A stretch of 64,000 nt of DNA from Octopus bimaculoides. Taxonomy: Eukaryota. This document shows positions 62,401-64,000 of the stretch, one piece after another. The notes under the pieces are model-generated. The model was not told the origin of the DNA and did no database searches. It worked only from the letters and a program-made list of their open reading frames with translations. The DNA lies in NCBI RefSeq assembly GCF_001194135.2, contig NC_068983.1:105774997-105838996 (forward strand), written 5' to 3'. The number at the start of each line of letters is the position of its first letter. Within the stretch, counting starts at the first letter, position 1. A program made the translations under genes and the position numbers.

Positions 62401-63414
62401 TATAAATTAATTTCAAGTTTTGGCACAAGGCCGGCATTTTTGGGCATGGGAGCAAGTCAATTGCATCAACCCTGGTACTCAAAAAGGTATTTATTTTATC
62501 GATCCTGAAAGGATGAAAGGCAAAGTTGACATCTGTGGAATTTGAACTCAGAAATGAAGACAGATGAAATGCCGCTAAGCATTTCACCCAACTTGCTAAT
62601 GATTCTTCCAGCTCACTGCCTTACATTCATATAAATTGGGATATAGATTGGATTATTACACCAATATTCCACCTCTTAGGCTCTTGTCACTTTTATTTGC
62701 TTAGTGTTTTTACTTCCTGCTCTACTTGATCTTTGAGGAGGCGCAATGGCCCAGTGGTTAGGGCAGCAGACTCGCGGTCATAGGATCGCGGTTTCGATTC
62801 CCAGACCGGGCGTTGTGAGTGTTTATTGAGTGAAAACACCTAAAGCTCCATGAGGCTCTGGCAGGGGATGGTGGCGAACCCTGCTGTACTCTTTCACCAC
62901 AACTTTCTCTCACTCTTACTTCCTGTTTCTTTAGTGCCTGTAATTCAAAGGGTCAGCCTTGTCACACTGTGTCACGCTGAATATCCCCGAGAACTACGTT
63001 AAGGGTACACGTGTCTGTGGAGTGCTCAGCCACTGGCACGTTAATTTCACGAGCAGGCTGTTCCGTTGATCGGATCAACTGAAACCCTCGACGTCGTAAG
63101 CGACGGAGTGCCAACAACAAAACTTGATCTTTGATAGTGCCAGCTTATCCCTGTGTCAATCATTCTTCCAACAGTACTCATTAAATTTAGTCTAAGTTTA
63201 TAAAAGTAACTGAGAAATAAATAATGTTTCATTATTTTTCAGGTATGTTGAAAGATTGGAAGAGAGTTTACGACAAAACCTGATTCTAGCAGATAAGATG
63301 GTCTTTCAAGAAAAGGAAATGGCAAGGAGAAGACAAGAAGCCCAAAGAGAAGAAGGAGAGCTACAACCAAAACTTGATGCCTTACGGAGTGAAACAAAAG
63401 AGCTTAAAAAACAG
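39501..63414 (+). CDS. CDK5RAP3: CDK5 regulatory subunit-associated protein 3 (C53/LZAP), 13 coding exons (487 codons), 3'-incomplete
   Basis: Exons 39501-39561, 41684-41815, 44887-44990, 46473-46521, 47029-47117, 49470-49559, 51872-52008, 53856-54018, 56137-56235, 56771-56846, 58486-58571, 61204-61406, 63243-63414; LPIDIHYNKLTDWLINRRHC, RNVNYEIPCLKRQI, KGNCSVYEWRTG, IDWG, GVARGNDAL, QPKLDAL motifs. Confidence 0.95.
41684..41815 (+). CDS. CDK5RAP3: CDK5RAP3 coding exon 2
   Basis: WLINRRHCQQNWPASALVIRDKINQALKTLPDVKEVVDIMKNS. Confidence 0.93.
41895..42710 (-). mobile_element. Tc1/mariner-superfamily relic, maT/DD37D-like
   Basis: Frameshifted KTKFPQTPMVFRCVFSEANIMLPHIFE...DSAPCHTSR...PMDYYVWSAV; cagggtgtttggg TIR-like end at about 41897. 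Confidence 0.7.
43504..44755 (-). mobile_element. Full-length degenerate mariner with TIRs and TA TSD
   Basis: TA-tcaggtcattaagagtgaaatgtccaatttt ... aaaattggacatttcattcttaatgacctga-TA; MFDEKWILFNN, HPPYSPNLGPTDY, KWQNCVDNLGAYFD. Confidence 0.9.
44887..44990 (+). CDS. CDK5RAP3: CDK5RAP3 coding exon 3
   Basis: ITYFHVKEIMSLLSEDTESGKKNILGQYSNELTK. Confidence 0.88.
46473..46521 (+). CDS. CDK5RAP3: CDK5RAP3 coding exon 4
   Basis: AWSEILNLYEKNNLYL. Confidence 0.9.
47029..47117 (+). CDS. CDK5RAP3: CDK5RAP3 coding exon 5
   Basis: ESGQIMSRNVNYEIPCLKRQIARCQQIEK. Confidence 0.92.
49470..49559 (+). CDS. CDK5RAP3: CDK5RAP3 coding exon 6
   Basis: DCFKKESDNTVKAADYKHRYQSSCKKYGIK. Confidence 0.9.
50056..50339. 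mobile_element. hAT (Charlie-like) MITE nested in a SINE
   Basis: Perfect 15-bp TIR caggggttttcaaac; perfect 8-bp TSD ctctagtt (50048-50055, 50340-50347). Confidence 0.9.
50419..51075 (-). mobile_element. RTE LINE 3' fragment with (GAT)n tail
   Basis: VETVRGFCYLGERVGASGGCEASVTARARLGWVKFRECGALL...KGKVYRICVRAAMLYG / LRRTERAMVREMCG...VQWYEHVLRR. Confidence 0.85.
51540..51800. repeat. (CAC)n/(CAT)n low-complexity trinucleotide region
   Basis: caccaccaccac... runs and degenerate derivatives. Confidence 0.85.
51872..52008 (+). CDS. CDK5RAP3: CDK5RAP3 coding exon 7
   Basis: GDKIKVELFELAKELPQLLCELTNAVKSLDPVADYYRNFIDFIVE. Confidence 0.9.
52975..53690 (+). mobile_element. Non-autonomous retroposon with RTE-type 3' end and (GAT)n tail
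   Basis: Starts gactggcacccatgc, ends gcggacattaaacgatgatgatg; inverse copy at 60515-60956; tail-only copy at 54354-54545. Confidence 0.75.
53856..54018 (+). CDS. CDK5RAP3: CDK5RAP3 coding exon 8
   Basis: NDFSGDSLSMVKFIINKGNCSVYEWRTGQPPITIIDEHQLTNEEQNDKRAQDDS. Confidence 0.93.
56137..56235 (+). CDS. CDK5RAP3: CDK5RAP3 coding exon 9 (IDWG motif)
   Basis: IDWGNIEESNEVNFEDIDFDMSQITVESSENNE. Confidence 0.9.
56771..56846 (+). CDS. CDK5RAP3: CDK5RAP3 coding exon 10 (IDWG motif)
   Basis: KNGEIDWGDDTETTDKTSKKHAKIT. Confidence 0.88.
56879..56956 (+). repeat. 26-bp minisatellite x3
   Basis: ctaatctt(t/c)gtctctagtcctgaatg repeated three times. Confidence 0.9.
58240..58321. repeat. Alternating purine-pyrimidine (CA)n/(CG) microsatellite
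   Basis: tgtgcgtgtgtgcgcacgcgag(ca)n. Confidence 0.9.
58486..58571 (+). CDS. CDK5RAP3: CDK5RAP3 coding exon 11
   Basis: NGVARGNDALTVLEAQDTRNLLMEDLME. Confidence 0.92.
58709..58965 (+). mobile_element. tRNA-headed SINE (family D) with hammerhead-containing tail, nested in a TTAA MITE
   Basis: A box tggcgtagtgg, B box gagttcaattc, (AAT)n linker, tail ending tgtaaataat; flanks rejoin into the ttaaccc...aaggtttaa MITE. Confidence 0.85.
58865..58910 (+). ncRNA. Predicted minimal type I hammerhead ribozyme (palindromic helix III, dimer-type)
   Basis: GACGC-CUGACGA-A-GGCUG-(10 nt)-CAGCC-GAAA-CG-UU^GUGUU; all core nucleotides present; helix I 5 bp, helix II 5 bp. Confidence 0.65.
60515..60956 (-). 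mobile_element. Non-autonomous retroposon with RTE-type 3' end (inverse copy of 52975-53690)
   Basis: (CAT)n then reverse complement of tail, ending tgggtgccagtc (same 5' end as the + copy). Confidence 0.8.
61204..61406 (+). CDS. CDK5RAP3: CDK5RAP3 coding exon 12
   Basis: LQFFLNQRLNELQEPVNTLSMSQFENASQDILL...HLLQIKRSP. Confidence 0.93.
62737..63120 (+). mobile_element. Full-length tRNA(Arg)-like SINE (family C) with (CAA)n tail
   Basis: A box tggcccagtgg, TCG at anticodon position, B box gtttcgattcc, no acceptor-stem pairing, ends ccaacaacaa. Confidence 0.8.
63243..63414 (+). CDS. CDK5RAP3: CDK5RAP3 coding exon 13
   Basis: YVERLEESLRQNLILADKMVFQEKEMARRRQEAQREEGELQPKLDALRSETKELKKQ, donor gtaagg. 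Confidence 0.93.
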
Positions 63415-63689
63415 GTAAGGATCAAAAATATTAGTATACAGTTTATATATGCAGCTTGTATCATCTACATACATTACACAGGCATGGCTATTGGTAACAA
63501 AGTTTACTTCATAACCACATGTTTTAAGGTCTATCCCACTGTATGGCACCTTGAGTAAGTGTCTTCTACTATAGCCTCTTTGGACTGACCAATATTTTGG
63601 GAGTAAAAATTGGTAAATGGAAACTGTACTGAAACCTGTTATATGTGTGATGTGTGTGTATGTGTGTGTGTGTGTGTGTGTGTGTATTG

Positions 63690-64000
63690 CTATAGGAAGG
63701 GTTGATCTTGCAGAAAGCTATAGTGTCTGACTTCTTGGTTTGACCTGGACTAAGGATCTCTTTTGGAACAAATATGTTCAGCTTATTGCCATGTCACCTG
63801 CCAAGAAGGTTGGATCTTTTTTTCCATGCTCACAAATTTCTTATGCCTGAGAATAGCTTGAATCCCTATAAGGCCACTATTCAACCTTACATTGAATATT
63901 GGTGTCATTTTTGGGCTGATGTCTCCTCTAGTAACCTTAATAACTTGCTTGATCAAATTCAGAATTGTGTTGTTAACATGGTGAGTCCTCTTCTTTTTGC
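63690..64000 (+). mobile_element. Degenerate CR1/Jockey-like LINE RT C-terminal fragment
   Basis: LLGLTWTKDLFWNKYVQLIA...KKVGSFF...YKATIQPYIEYWCHFWAD...LLDQIQN resembles the LGxxxxxxLxW / RPxLEY motifs. Confidence 0.6.

Noticed and set aside
1-64000. CRISPR arrays, operons or prokaryotic defence systems
   Set aside because: Sequence is spliced eukaryotic DNA; repeats are dispersed TEs or simple repeats with no regular repeat-spacer structure

Overview
AT-rich, repeat-dense metazoan genomic DNA from a draft assembly, with 7 N-gaps at 16141-16499, 31326-31608, 33793-33947, 47562-47737, 53323-53332, 57637-58009 and 59505-59634. The SINE and RTE repertoire suggests an octopus/coleoid cephalopod (inference). 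I reconstructed three spliced genes by hand from GT-AG boundaries and frame continuity. (1) CTDP1/FCP1 (RNA Pol II CTD phosphatase): its large terminal coding exon is on + at 3859-5785. (2) ILKAP (PP2C phosphatase): complete, 10 coding exons on - from 32316 to 14104, 360 aa. (3) CDK5RAP3/C53 (UFM1/ATG8-binding adaptor): 13 coding exons on + from 39501 to 63414, divergent from ILKAP, last exon beyond the window. Introns and intergenic DNA are filled with tRNA-derived SINEs, RTE and CR1-like LINE fragments, several mariner/Tc1 families, a piggyBac relic, hAT and piggyBac MITEs, a solo LTR, fold-back elements and microsatellites. The most striking observation is a tRNA-headed SINE whose 3' part contains a minimal, Penelope-type hammerhead ribozyme with a palindromic helix III. 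One copy has an intact core (58865-58910, sense in a CDK5RAP3 intron) and three copies are decayed. Near-identical inverted repeats also bracket three CDK5RAP3 exons that carry the IDWG motifs and are skippable in frame as a block. No prokaryotic features (CRISPR, operons) are present.
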